From the UHGV virus genome UHGV-0072542: a DNA stretch of 17,746 nucleotides. One strand, 5' to 3'. The stretch comes from a virus. The notes beneath the pieces are model-generated. The model worked only from the letters and a program-made list of their open reading frames with translations, did not search any database and was not told the DNA's origin. The translations under genes were made by a program, and so were the position numbers. This document shows, one piece after another, positions 8,215 through 15,878 of the stretch. Position 1 is the stretch's first letter; each line of letters opens with the position of its first letter.

Positions 8215-9260
8215 TGAGCAGAAAAAATAAAAAAGTGCGCATGAGTTCACGCATTGATCTCGCTGATGCGCTCAGGAAAGAATCATCGCTCAGTGCATTC
8301 ACATTTGATGGTCCTTATCGCCTGACCGGGCATGACCTGCTGGACAATATGTACTGTGCTGATAACGGGCGGTGGTATGAAACCCCGGTGGACTGGTACG
8401 GTCTGGCAAGAGCTGCCCGGCAAACGTCCTGGCATCAGTCTGCGCTTTACTTTAAGCGCAATGTATTACTCGGTTGCTACATCCCGCACCCGCTGCTTTC
8501 CCGGCAGGATTTCTCGGCGCTGGCGCTGGACTGGTTTGTGTTCGGTAACGCATTCCTTGAGCTTCGGAGCAATATGCTCGGCGAACCGCTTAAATTACGG
8601 CACGCCCTGGCGAAATACATGCGACGCGGAAGCGATCTTGAATCATGGTGGTATGTGCAGGATGGCAAGGACGCGTTTCAGTTTCGCCCTGACAAAGTGT
8701 GCCACCTGATGAATCCGGATATTAACCAGGAAATCTACGGCATGCCGGAATATCTTGGCGCATTACTCTCGGCCAGCCTTTCTCATTCGGCGGACATGTT
8801 CAGAAAACTGTACTACGACAACGGATCCCACGCCGGGTGCATCATCTACATCGGTGCAGCGCAGGTAAACCGCGAAAGCATGGACTCCCTGAAAGAAACG
8901 CTACAGGGTGCGCGTGGTGGTGGTGCGTTTAAAAACGTGCTCATTCATGCGCCCAACGGGGGCAAAGAAGGTGTGCAAATTTTGCCGTTCCAGCAGATCA
9001 CCGCAAAGGATGAGTTCATGAATGTTAAGGCGGCATCCCGTGATGATGTACTGGCTGCGCACCGCGTTCCGCCGCAACTGATGGGGGCGATGCCGGGCGA
9101 AAAAAGTGCGTTTGGTGATGTGGAGAAGGCCGCGCGGGTTTACGCAATTAACGAGCTGATGCCCGTCATGGAGGCCATGAAGCACATCAATGACTGGCTT
9201 GGCGAAGAGGTGATCCGCTTTAACCCTTACGCACTGTTAGACACCCAGCCCACATCCTGA
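8214..9260 (+). CDS. Q: portal protein (P2 gpQ-like)
   Basis: 348 aa; the start overlaps the terminase stop (TGATG). Size and position fit the P2 portal. Confidence 0.85.
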   Translation: MSRKNKKVRMSSRIDLADALRKESSLSAFTFDGPYRLTGHDLLDNMYCADNGRWYETPVDWYGLARAARQTSWHQSALYFKRNVLLGCYIPHPLLSRQDFSALALDWFVFGNAFLELRSNMLGEPLKLRHALAKYMRRGSDLESWWYVQDGKDAFQFRPDKVCHLMNPDINQEIYGMPEYLGALLSASLSHSADMFRKLYYDNGSHAGCIIYIGAAQVNRESMDSLKETLQGARGGGAFKNVLIHAPNGGKEGVQILPFQQITAKDEFMNVKAASRDDVLAAHRVPPQLMGAMPGEKSAFGDVEKAARVYAINELMPVMEAMKHINDWLGEEVIRFNPYALLDTQPTS

Positions 9261-9286
9261 CGCGCTTCGCTTGTCTGCTGCTTCGC

Positions 9287-9311
9287 CGGGGCATAAAAAA
9301 TTTATGCCCCG
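9287..9311 (+). terminator. hairpin downstream of portal gene (possible terminator; no clear U-tract)
   Basis: cggggcataaaaaatttatgccccg is a palindrome lying 27 nt after the Q stop. Confidence 0.3.
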
Positions 9312-9612
9312 ACTCTCCAGCTCCTGTATCAGTCAGATAATTTCACGACGCCTTCCAGTTTATCGCCACCATCGACGGTCAGGCTCTTACGCAATCCCAC
9401 CGCGTTGACTGCATGTTCTCGCCGCCTCAGTGCGATTTTGACGGCCTTACCTTTCACCCCATTAAATCAGAATCCCTCACGTATTTTTCACGCTCAGCGT
9501 GAGAAATACGGCCATTCTGTCGTGTCGCTGCGACATCGTTAAGGGAACGCTATTTACCCCCTGAAACGCGGGCTGTTCCCCCGTCACCTGCGCGCAGAAA
9601 AAACGCGTTTTT

Positions 9613-9711
9613 TTGTGCATGCACGGATCCTTGACGGATCCAGCCGCCATGCGGGCCGAAAGGGTAAAAAGTCGTTCAAAAAAATTGTGCAAATTTGTGC
9701 ACTATTGTGCA
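9613..9711. repeat. TTGTGCA direct repeats (three copies at 10-bp phasing, plus one upstream copy embedded in palindrome GTGCATGCAC)
   Basis: TTGTGCA occurs at 9685-9691, 9695-9701 and 9705-9711, and again at 9613-9619. The region is intergenic, between cos (expected nearby) and the cargo operon. Confidence 0.5.
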
Positions 9712-9718
9712 TTGAAAT

Positions 9719-9740
9719 AAACGCCCTGGAGGAGGGCGTT
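9719..9740 (-). terminator. intrinsic terminator at the end of the cargo operon (hairpin with T-rich flanks both sides)
   Basis: aacgccctggaggagggcgtt has an 8-bp stem and is flanked by T/A-rich runs. It lies immediately 3' of the stop at 9745-9747. Confidence 0.5.
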
Positions 9741-9744
9741 TTAC

Positions 9745-10152
9745 TTATCTTTTATAGCCTTGCCCCTTTCTGGCCAGCGCCCTGATGGCCGGGCGTGCCA
9801 ACACCATATTTTGGCAATGATGAATTGCCCGGCAAAATTCATCTCTACCCATTGGATGCTCAACTGGCAACGTTAAATACAGGTTCCATGCGTCGCCTAA
9901 AAGTTGGGCTATCTTTTGTTCTTCAGATGTCAGCAAGCAAGCGGTATCCGTAAAATAATCATACTTTTCATGTATGTTATTTAACGGTTTTGTCTGTAGT
10001 GCAGCCTGAGCTATACGGTATGCCTGAAGCATACTGGCGTCGTTGATATCCATTCCGAACGGAATTTCTGATGATTGTGACTCTGCATCTTCAAGCCTGG
10101 CAATTTCTTTACGTAAGAAGTACTTCAACTCTTGTTTCTGTTTTCTGTTCAT
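9745..10152 (-). CDS. hypothetical protein (135 aa), second gene of two-gene cargo cassette
   Basis: The ATG at 10150-10152 overlaps the upstream stop (ATGA). The gene is AT-richer than the flanking phage genes. No recognisable family; the product is [25 protein letters not shown]...[28 protein letters not shown]. Confidence 0.6.
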   Translation of the reverse strand: MNRKQKQELKYFLRKEIARLEDAESQSSEIPFGMDINDASMLQAYRIAQAALQTKPLNNIHEKYDYFTDTACLLTSEEQKIAQLLGDAWNLYLTLPVEHPMGRDEFCRAIHHCQNMVLARPAIRALARKGQGYKR

Positions 10153-10481
10153 GCGTTTTTTTCCTTTTTGTCTGTCACTTCTTTCCTGATAATTTCATTG
10201 CACAAATCCACGCACTCATTGCAGATGTAAACAGACGGTCCGGCAATCACCTTTGTGACTTCGTACTGGGATTTATTGCAGAAACTGCAATAAACCGTCT
10301 TCTCGCCTGAAGTCCATGTTTTGCTGGTTTCGCCAGACATCAGTTGTTTGAGGTCTTTTTCACGACGAAGAACTATCTGGCCACATTCAGCTATTTTTTG
10401 GATGTTGACATTTTCTGCTTTCGCCAGCGCTTCCATCCGCTCAATCAGTCGCTGCGCTTTTTCTCTGTCAATGTGTTGCAT
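10149..10481 (-). CDS. small protein with C-terminal ClpX-type C4 zinc-binding domain (ZBD) and N-terminal helical region
   Basis: The C-terminus [40 protein letters not shown] is near-identical in pattern to the N-terminal zinc-binding domain of E. coli ClpX ([34 protein letters not shown], recalled). ATG at 10481 with an AAGGGGGA SD 5 nt upstream. Confidence 0.7.
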   Translation of the reverse strand: MQHIDREKAQRLIERMEALAKAENVNIQKIAECGQIVLRREKDLKQLMSGETSKTWTSGEKTVYCSFCNKSQYEVTKVIAGPSVYICNECVDLCNEIIRKEVTDKKEKNA

Positions 10482-10544
10482 TGTGTCCCCCTTGTTTATG
10501 CTCCCGGGTTAAAGTCATCAGGGCGGATGCGCCCTGATGTTGTG

Positions 10545-10856
10545 TTATTCGGGAAATAACGCCCGGATATTTCCGGCCATCTGACTGGTTATCTGTGCGG
10601 CTGATACTGGCTGTGACGCGGGGCGTTCTGTCCTGGTTTGTGTCACTGATAACGCCTCATCATCAGCCCATGCAGCCAGTCGGTAAGCCTCTGCCGGATT
10701 CATTTTCAGTAGTGCCAGCCCGGCCAGAAAAGCCACGCGTTGACCACTTTTGCGGGCTTCTGGTGTAAGGCTGTCCAGCCAGGCGCATGCTTCGCCTTCG
10801 TTCTTGACGGCGGCGGGCTTCAGATAGAAACTTATCCGTCTGGTTGGTGTCGTCAT
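10545..10856 (-). CDS. parR: ParR-like centromere-binding protein (type II partition)
   Basis: RRISFYLKPAAVKNEGEACAWLDSLTPEARKSGQRVAFLAGLALL resembles the recalled R1 ParR N-terminus (RTIAFKLNPDVNQTDKIVCDTLDSIPQGERSRLNRAALTAGLALY). It lies 4 nt downstream of parM. Start taken at the internal ATG at 10856. Confidence 0.65.
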   Translation of the reverse strand: MTTPTRRISFYLKPAAVKNEGEACAWLDSLTPEARKSGQRVAFLAGLALLKMNPAEAYRLAAWADDEALSVTQTRTERPASQPVSAAQITSQMAGNIRALFPE

Positions 10857-10860
10857 TGGT

Positions 10861-11820
10861 TTACTCCTTGTCCATTGCGTACAGCCCATTAACCAGAGCA
10901 AACTGTGGCACCCCGTCCGCGATGAAGGTCGCATTAACTCCGCAGGCTTCGCGGATAGCGGGTGCCACAATCTCCGCCCCGCCACCGACAACCATCACCC
11001 GCCCGTAACCCGAAAAACCCGCCAGCGCGCGGATCACGCGTTGTTTCAGTGTTTCTTCCTTTTCACGAATAACCGCCATCAGGCTGGCGTAATGCGCGTC
11101 ATTGTGGATGTGCTGGCGCAGCCAGGCTTCATCATGGCGATGTTCGATAATGGTATTGGCGATGTGGTGACTGGTACGCATACCGTTAGTGGCCATCACC
11201 GACAGTACGGCATCGGCCATCAGGGAAACGCCTACGTGTGGATCGCAAAACACCTGGCTGATACCTGCCAGTTGTCCCTGAACCTTTGCCACATCCAGCG
11301 TGGTTCCGCCTAAATCCACAATCAGCAGGGATTCAAACGGACTCATGTCAGCCAGTGCTTTAAAACCAGCCGGAATGGATTCAGGCATAACCCGTACGTT
11401 ACGGATAGTGAATGCTTTTCCGTTCTGGTACGCCACCGGGCGCATGACGTTTGCTTTTTTGCGGTTGATGTTGGCCATGTCCGGCTGTGCGTTTGTGTCG
11501 AAATATTCGCTCAGTGGCAGGGTGACAACCACATCCACTTCCTGTGGTGTGATGCCTGATTTGACCAGCGCGTGATGAATGGCAATGACATTCACATCGC
11601 TGTACTGGTATTGCGTGTCGGTCGTCTGGACAAAGCGATCGCTGACTGGATCAAAACCATAGCGCACGCCATCAAGCATGTAGTTCGCGGGCTGCGTGCC
11701 ACCGAACGGCGCAGACCATTCCGACTTGAAGCTGTTCGGGCTGATGGCGTTGCGGCGTTCGCCGTTCTCAGTCCATGCCAGCTTGATGTTGGTGGAGCCG
11801 TCATCGATACAAATTTTCAT
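10861..11820 (-). CDS. parM: ParM/StbA-like actin-like segregation ATPase
   Basis: 319 aa. IDDGSTNIKLAW, ISPNSFK, YSDVNVIAIHHAL, IRNVRVMPESIPAG, LLIVDLGGTTLDV, VMVVGGGAEI and VNGLY match the recalled plasmid R1 ParM along its whole length. ATG at 11820 with an AAGGAAAA SD. Confidence 0.85.
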   Translation of the reverse strand: MKICIDDGSTNIKLAWTENGERRNAISPNSFKSEWSAPFGGTQPANYMLDGVRYGFDPVSDRFVQTTDTQYQYSDVNVIAIHHALVKSGITPQEVDVVVTLPLSEYFDTNAQPDMANINRKKANVMRPVAYQNGKAFTIRNVRVMPESIPAGFKALADMSPFESLLIVDLGGTTLDVAKVQGQLAGISQVFCDPHVGVSLMADAVLSVMATNGMRTSHHIANTIIEHRHDEAWLRQHIHNDAHYASLMAVIREKEETLKQRVIRALAGFSGYGRVMVVGGGAEIVAPAIREACGVNATFIADGVPQFALVNGLYAMDKE

Positions 11821-11850
11821 GTCGCTTTTCCTTATGTTGATTAATTAATC

Positions 11851-11962
11851 GTTTACGGGATTCTGAAATCCCGTTTTTGCCTGTTTTATGCGCGCTTCAT
11901 ATATCGCGGCGCGTTTTTTGCTCATTTACGGGATTTGTGAATCCCGTTTCTGTCTGTTTTTT
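11851..11962. repeat. two copies of a ~35-bp hairpin-containing repeat flanking the A stop / parM upstream region
   Basis: Copy 1 is tttacgggattCTGAaatcccgttttt (hairpin 11855-11874). Copy 2 is tttacgggattTGTGaatcccgtttct (hairpin 11928-11947). Both are followed by T-runs on the plus strand. Spacing is 73 bp, and copy 2 lies inside the 3' end of gene A. Confidence 0.5.
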
Positions 11963-14719
11963 GTTTCCACTGGTCAGGCCACCCCGCAGCAGGTCTGCTT
12001 TGCGGCGGGCGCGTTCAGTGGTTTCACTGATTCTCTGTGCGTGCTCTGCGTCGCGGATGGCGCGCAGCATGTCAGAAAGCACGGTAACGGGTGTTTTCAT
12101 GGTGTTCTGGTCCTGCTGAAGTGTGGATGCCAGGCGTGCGGCGGCTTCGGGGTCTGATGCCCCCAGCTGTTCCAGATAGCTGGCGACCGGGTTATGGCGG
12201 ATCTCCGTGCTGCTTACGCCGTGGTTACGGCTCAGGCGCTGCCAGAGCTGCGTGATCCGGCTGTCCGGTCGGGTATCCGGTTTGCGTACAATTTCAAATC
12301 CCTGCGGTGCAATGATGCTGCCGTCAACGTACAGGCTGCCTCCCCGTAACAGGTGCTGCATCTGCTGTTCACCGATATGCAGGCCGAGAGATTCGGCAGA
12401 TTCCCGCCATTCTTTAGCGAGTAATTCGTGGTTATCAGGCAAAGGCCGCGGCTGTTTGCGGCTCTGTGTCCAGCTCTGCATTTCATCACTGCTGTTTTTT
12501 GCCTGTTTGTCACGCAGCGAACGCATCAGCGCCCGGCGTTCGTGCCGTTTCAGTGAGCGCATCCATTCATTCACATCAATGCCGTCAGGAAGCTGCGGCC
12601 ATGGTGCTGGCCGTTCTTCCGGCTGTTCTGTCCCGTTGTTGTCCGTTTCCTGTACACGGGGACAGTTATTGCCACGAGTCCAAGGGGCGGCAGGGCCGCC
12701 CTGAAGGTCAAAACCATTTTCGCGGGCGCTGTCTTCAGCTTCCGGTTTGCGTCTTACCAGCTTCCAGTTATCCGGATGCGTGCACACACGGGAGGATTCC
12801 CCGATGAGTGGTGACCAGATCCCGTAAATCTGTACGCTCTGTTCGCCGTAATCGTTCAGCTCATCGGCGAGGTCGTAGGCGGTGCGAATCAGGTAGTCTT
12901 TGCGTGGAACAAGTACGCCGCCCTGTTTCTCTATGTAGGTGGCAAAACATCCGGCATCAGCGGCAGCGAGTACCGCATCCATTGCGTCATCCTTCAGCCG
13001 TTGCGGGCCTTCCGGGTTGCGTGCCATCTGGCTGGCAAGGCGGCGGAGTTCACGCCACACCTGACGGGAGGGGATGCCAAAGAACTGGAACTGGCGGACC
13101 CGGTGAAGGCGCGCCCAGCCAATGGCACGCTCCACGCTCTCGGCCATTGATTTTCCGGATTCATGGTCAACGCGTGGTTTGCCCGTTTTCGGGTCGATGC
13201 CATCCACGGCGCGGCTGTCCAGGTTTTTTCCGATGTAGGTCGCGATATAGCTGGTTGGTGTGCCTTTTGAGCCGTCGACGTACTCCGCCTCAAAGCGCGG
13301 GGTTATGTCATCGCCCAGCTCGTGGCGGTCTTCCTGAATGGCAATATCGCAGACGTGAGACACAATGGTGTCGATTTCGTCCGGATGCGCAAAAACCATC
13401 ATGTGCCAGTGCACGGTACCGTCATGGTGAGGCTCCGCTGTGCGGATGCCATACCAGCGCAGACCTTCACGGTTCAGTTTCTTGCGGACCGCTGCAAAAA
13501 ACGTGTTAACCAGGTAATCGCTGGAGTCGCGCATGGTGGCCCCGTTCCATTTGGGATTCGGATGACCGTTCTCTGTTGTTGCGTGGTATTTTGACGGGCA
13601 GGTGACAGTCAGAAACACCGCTCTGTCGCCACGGGCTTCGGCCAGAAGTTCCAGTCCCTTCATGGTGGCCATCATTTCTGCCTTACGGTGAACCGGGTTA
13701 CTTACTCCCGCGTAATACACTGTCTCGAGATCAATCGTGAACCCGTCTTCGTTTTCCAGCATGAAACTTTTCAGGAAATCGCGTGTTTTCTCGCGCTGTG
13801 CGCGAAACTCGCTTAACGCGTCCTGGCTCAGATAGGGCGATGTTTTTCTGGAAACCAGACAGGCGGCGCGGAGTTGTTCTTCTCTCCACTCGCAACGTAA
13901 CAGCCACAGTTTGTGTTTCCACCATTGCGCACAGGTCAGGCGAAGGATTGCGCCCGGCAGCAGCTCCGTGTCCGGTTCGTTCCTCCGGTCTTTGTCTGTT
14001 GTCAGTGCGTCATAATGCGGAGGCATGGCGTGCAGGTGTAACGCCATGCGGGCCAGCATCTGATACGCCTTCAGCGTTACATCCATGGTCAGCTCGCCAT
14101 CAGTCGCGCCAAAGCCATCGCAGAGTTTTTCGAAGGTGCTGCTGAACATCGCCGCCGTCATGGTGGCCAGCGTCTGTATCTGGTGCTTGTTGAGCTGCGG
14201 CAGGTAAAGCAAATCATCCAGGCGTTCGCGTCCGGCAAGGGAGCGATAACCCGGTGTCAGCCAGTGTCCGTCAGTGCGATCCAGACGTTCGAATATTTTG
14301 CGCAGGGTTCCGCGTGCATAGCGTTCCGCCTGCCAGCTCTTTTTGCCTTTCCGGCGATCGGCTTCCTGTTTTTTGCGCAGGAAGGAGAGGTGGCGAATAA
14401 GCGGATCGCGCAGATAGGACGGCAGCAGGCGCAGCGAGGCCATGGCTTCATCCACCGCGCCGCGTGCCTGTTTTCTGGCGTCTCCTGCCAGTGTGATGGT
14501 TTTGTCCTGTTTTTCCTGTGCGTCCAGGCTTTTATTAATCAGGTTGCCCAGCGGCGTGGCGGAGAACGCCGCATCAGCCATTTCCTGGCGGCGCTCGTTC
14601 TCTACCCGGTAGGCATCCAGCCAGGAGGAAAGCGCGGATTCAGGAGCGGGGATCCCCGTTCCTTCACGCCCCACTGCGTGGCGCGGTTGTTGCCAGTCCC
14701 TGATGTACTCTGCCGTCAT
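11897..14719 (-). CDS. A: replication initiator endonuclease (P2 gpA-like, rolling-circle HUH family)
   Basis: 940 aa with the HUH-type motif VHWHMMVFAHP and the paired-tyrosine motif TSYIATYIGKN. Its position downstream of the early operon fits P2/186 gene A. Confidence 0.85.
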   Translation of the reverse strand: MTAEYIRDWQQPRHAVGREGTGIPAPESALSSWLDAYRVENERRQEMADAAFSATPLGNLINKSLDAQEKQDKTITLAGDARKQARGAVDEAMASLRLLPSYLRDPLIRHLSFLRKKQEADRRKGKKSWQAERYARGTLRKIFERLDRTDGHWLTPGYRSLAGRERLDDLLYLPQLNKHQIQTLATMTAAMFSSTFEKLCDGFGATDGELTMDVTLKAYQMLARMALHLHAMPPHYDALTTDKDRRNEPDTELLPGAILRLTCAQWWKHKLWLLRCEWREEQLRAACLVSRKTSPYLSQDALSEFRAQREKTRDFLKSFMLENEDGFTIDLETVYYAGVSNPVHRKAEMMATMKGLELLAEARGDRAVFLTVTCPSKYHATTENGHPNPKWNGATMRDSSDYLVNTFFAAVRKKLNREGLRWYGIRTAEPHHDGTVHWHMMVFAHPDEIDTIVSHVCDIAIQEDRHELGDDITPRFEAEYVDGSKGTPTSYIATYIGKNLDSRAVDGIDPKTGKPRVDHESGKSMAESVERAIGWARLHRVRQFQFFGIPSRQVWRELRRLASQMARNPEGPQRLKDDAMDAVLAAADAGCFATYIEKQGGVLVPRKDYLIRTAYDLADELNDYGEQSVQIYGIWSPLIGESSRVCTHPDNWKLVRRKPEAEDSARENGFDLQGGPAAPWTRGNNCPRVQETDNNGTEQPEERPAPWPQLPDGIDVNEWMRSLKRHERRALMRSLRDKQAKNSSDEMQSWTQSRKQPRPLPDNHELLAKEWRESAESLGLHIGEQQMQHLLRGGSLYVDGSIIAPQGFEIVRKPDTRPDSRITQLWQRLSRNHGVSSTEIRHNPVASYLEQLGASDPEAAARLASTLQQDQNTMKTPVTVLSDMLRAIRDAEHAQRISETTERARRKADLLRGGLTSGNKKQTETGFTNPVNEQKTRRDI

Positions 14720-14725
14720 AGTGAT

Positions 14726-15091
14726 TTACTTCGTCATGCCATTCAGGGTGTCGCGGCAGACTGTAGCCAGCCGCTGAATTTCCAGCACGGTGTCTTCTGT
14801 GTCGGCATGGCGATGTGTGATGCGGATGCTGTCGGCAATCACATCGACGATTGCAGAGGATGGGCGCTGGTAAATGCCAATAACGGACGGGGTGCCACCT
14901 TCAATGCGGTAAAGCCTGTAATTTCCCTCGTGGCTGTCAATCATGTAGCGACCATCAATAACAATCTTTCCGTCAGCGAGCTGCGGTACAGGCAGGGATT
15001 TCAGGTACATGTCATAACGTTCACGCACGCGAACGGCAAGATCACGCTCTGTGTTGAGCAGGTATTCAAGAAAGTCGTTGGCGAGAATCAT
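14726..15091 (-). CDS. hypothetical early-operon protein (121 aa)
   Basis: ATG at 15091 with an AAGAGGA SD; the gene ends 6 nt before gene A. No family recognised. Confidence 0.55.
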   Translation of the reverse strand: MILANDFLEYLLNTERDLAVRVRERYDMYLKSLPVPQLADGKIVIDGRYMIDSHEGNYRLYRIEGGTPSVIGIYQRPSSAIVDVIADSIRITHRHADTEDTVLEIQRLATVCRDTLNGMTK

Positions 15092-15232
15092 TGCGGCAAT
15101 CCTCTTGTTACAGATGTGCGAAGGCCTCCCGCCACAAGGTGCAGGAAAGGCCCGGAACAGGAATTAATGGAGTTTGTTTTGCTGCCGGATGAGCTGCTGA
15201 AGCCCGACGTGGTTTCCGGCAGTTGGAGGTGC

Positions 15233-15478
15233 TCATGCTCTGATTTCCCTCAGTAGCTGGTTGAACATCTGGGTTAGTGGGTTGCTACACCCAAACGGCA
15301 TCGGGTTTACCTGATAAGAAAAGCGACCGCCTGTTTTGCGCTCTTTTCTTATGACTGAACCGCTGCGCCAGAGACGGCGTAGCTCCGCATTAATGGTTGT
15401 GGTTGGTGTATTCAGTGCTGCGGCGATTTCTCCACCGCTACAACCCGGATTGGCAGCGATGTAGTCCAGAATGGTCAT
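15233..15478 (-). CDS. hypothetical early-operon protein (81 aa)
   Basis: The ATG at 15476-15478 overlaps the upstream stop (ATGA). No family recognised. Confidence 0.5.
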   Translation of the reverse strand: MTILDYIAANPGCSGGEIAAALNTPTTTINAELRRLWRSGSVIRKERKTGGRFSYQVNPMPFGCSNPLTQMFNQLLREIRA

Positions 15479-15678
15479 CTGCGTGACTCCTGTACCTGTC
15501 TGATAAGATTCACCTGCACCACGTTGGTGGCGCAGAAGTAAGTGCCGTCAGTGAGATAGATGTGATGTGCATCCTTTTCTGAACGGTGTTTGTCGATTGT
15601 GGTAATCAGGCGTTCGTCAACTTCGTATTCACGTCCTCTGGAGGTGAAACGAACGACAGGAAAATGCTTAATTGCCAT
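15475..15678 (-). CDS. hypothetical early-operon protein (67 aa)
   Basis: The internal ATG at 15678 is preceded by an AAGGAGG SD 5 nt upstream. The ORF-track start at 15729 is a GTG with no SD. Confidence 0.5.
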   Translation of the reverse strand: MAIKHFPVVRFTSRGREYEVDERLITTIDKHRSEKDAHHIYLTDGTYFCATNVVQVNLIRQVQESRR

Positions 15679-15764
15679 TACGCCTCCTTGACGTGTGCGA
15701 ATACCTCCGCGAATGCGGATTGTTTTCACATTTTCTTATTTAACCTGGGGGCTTATTTGCGCGG

Positions 15765-15878
15765 TTATTCTTCAGTGAAAAAGCGTTCAATCTTTTTTAC
15801 TGAATTAATAATTCGCATAATCCCAATGGCGCAGACCACCGAAATAATCAGAACAAGCCATGAGATAAATATACTCAT
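15765..15878 (-). CDS. small hydrophobic peptide (37 aa, single predicted transmembrane helix)
   Basis: Hand translation gives MSIFISWLVLIISVVCAIGIMRIINSVKKIERFFTEE. The ATG at 15876-15878 overlaps the stop of the upstream gene (ATGA). Below the ORF-track length cutoff. Confidence 0.4.
   Translation of the reverse strand: MSIFISWLVLIISVVCAIGIMRIINSVKKIERFFTEE

Noticed and set aside
9261-9480. Exact cos cohesive-end site
   Set aside because: I looked for a P2/186-type GGCG(A/T)GGCGGGGAAAGCA(C/T) 19-mer or its complement. Only a weak partial resemblance was found (ctcgccgcctcagtgcg at about 9425-9441). Not reported as a feature.
9477-9692. 71-aa minus-strand ORF in the cos-proximal intergenic region
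   Set aside because: It starts within the TTGTGCA repeat array and runs through palindromes, with no SD. More likely non-coding regulatory or packaging DNA.
12808-13509. 233-aa Arg-rich ORF on the plus strand (and other plus-strand ORFs at 11877-13594)
   Set aside because: Inside and antisense to gene A, with extreme Arg/Cys bias; spurious.
14183-15256. 357-aa ORF on the plus strand
   Set aside because: Antisense to gene A and the two genes upstream of it. No family features; treated as a shadow ORF.
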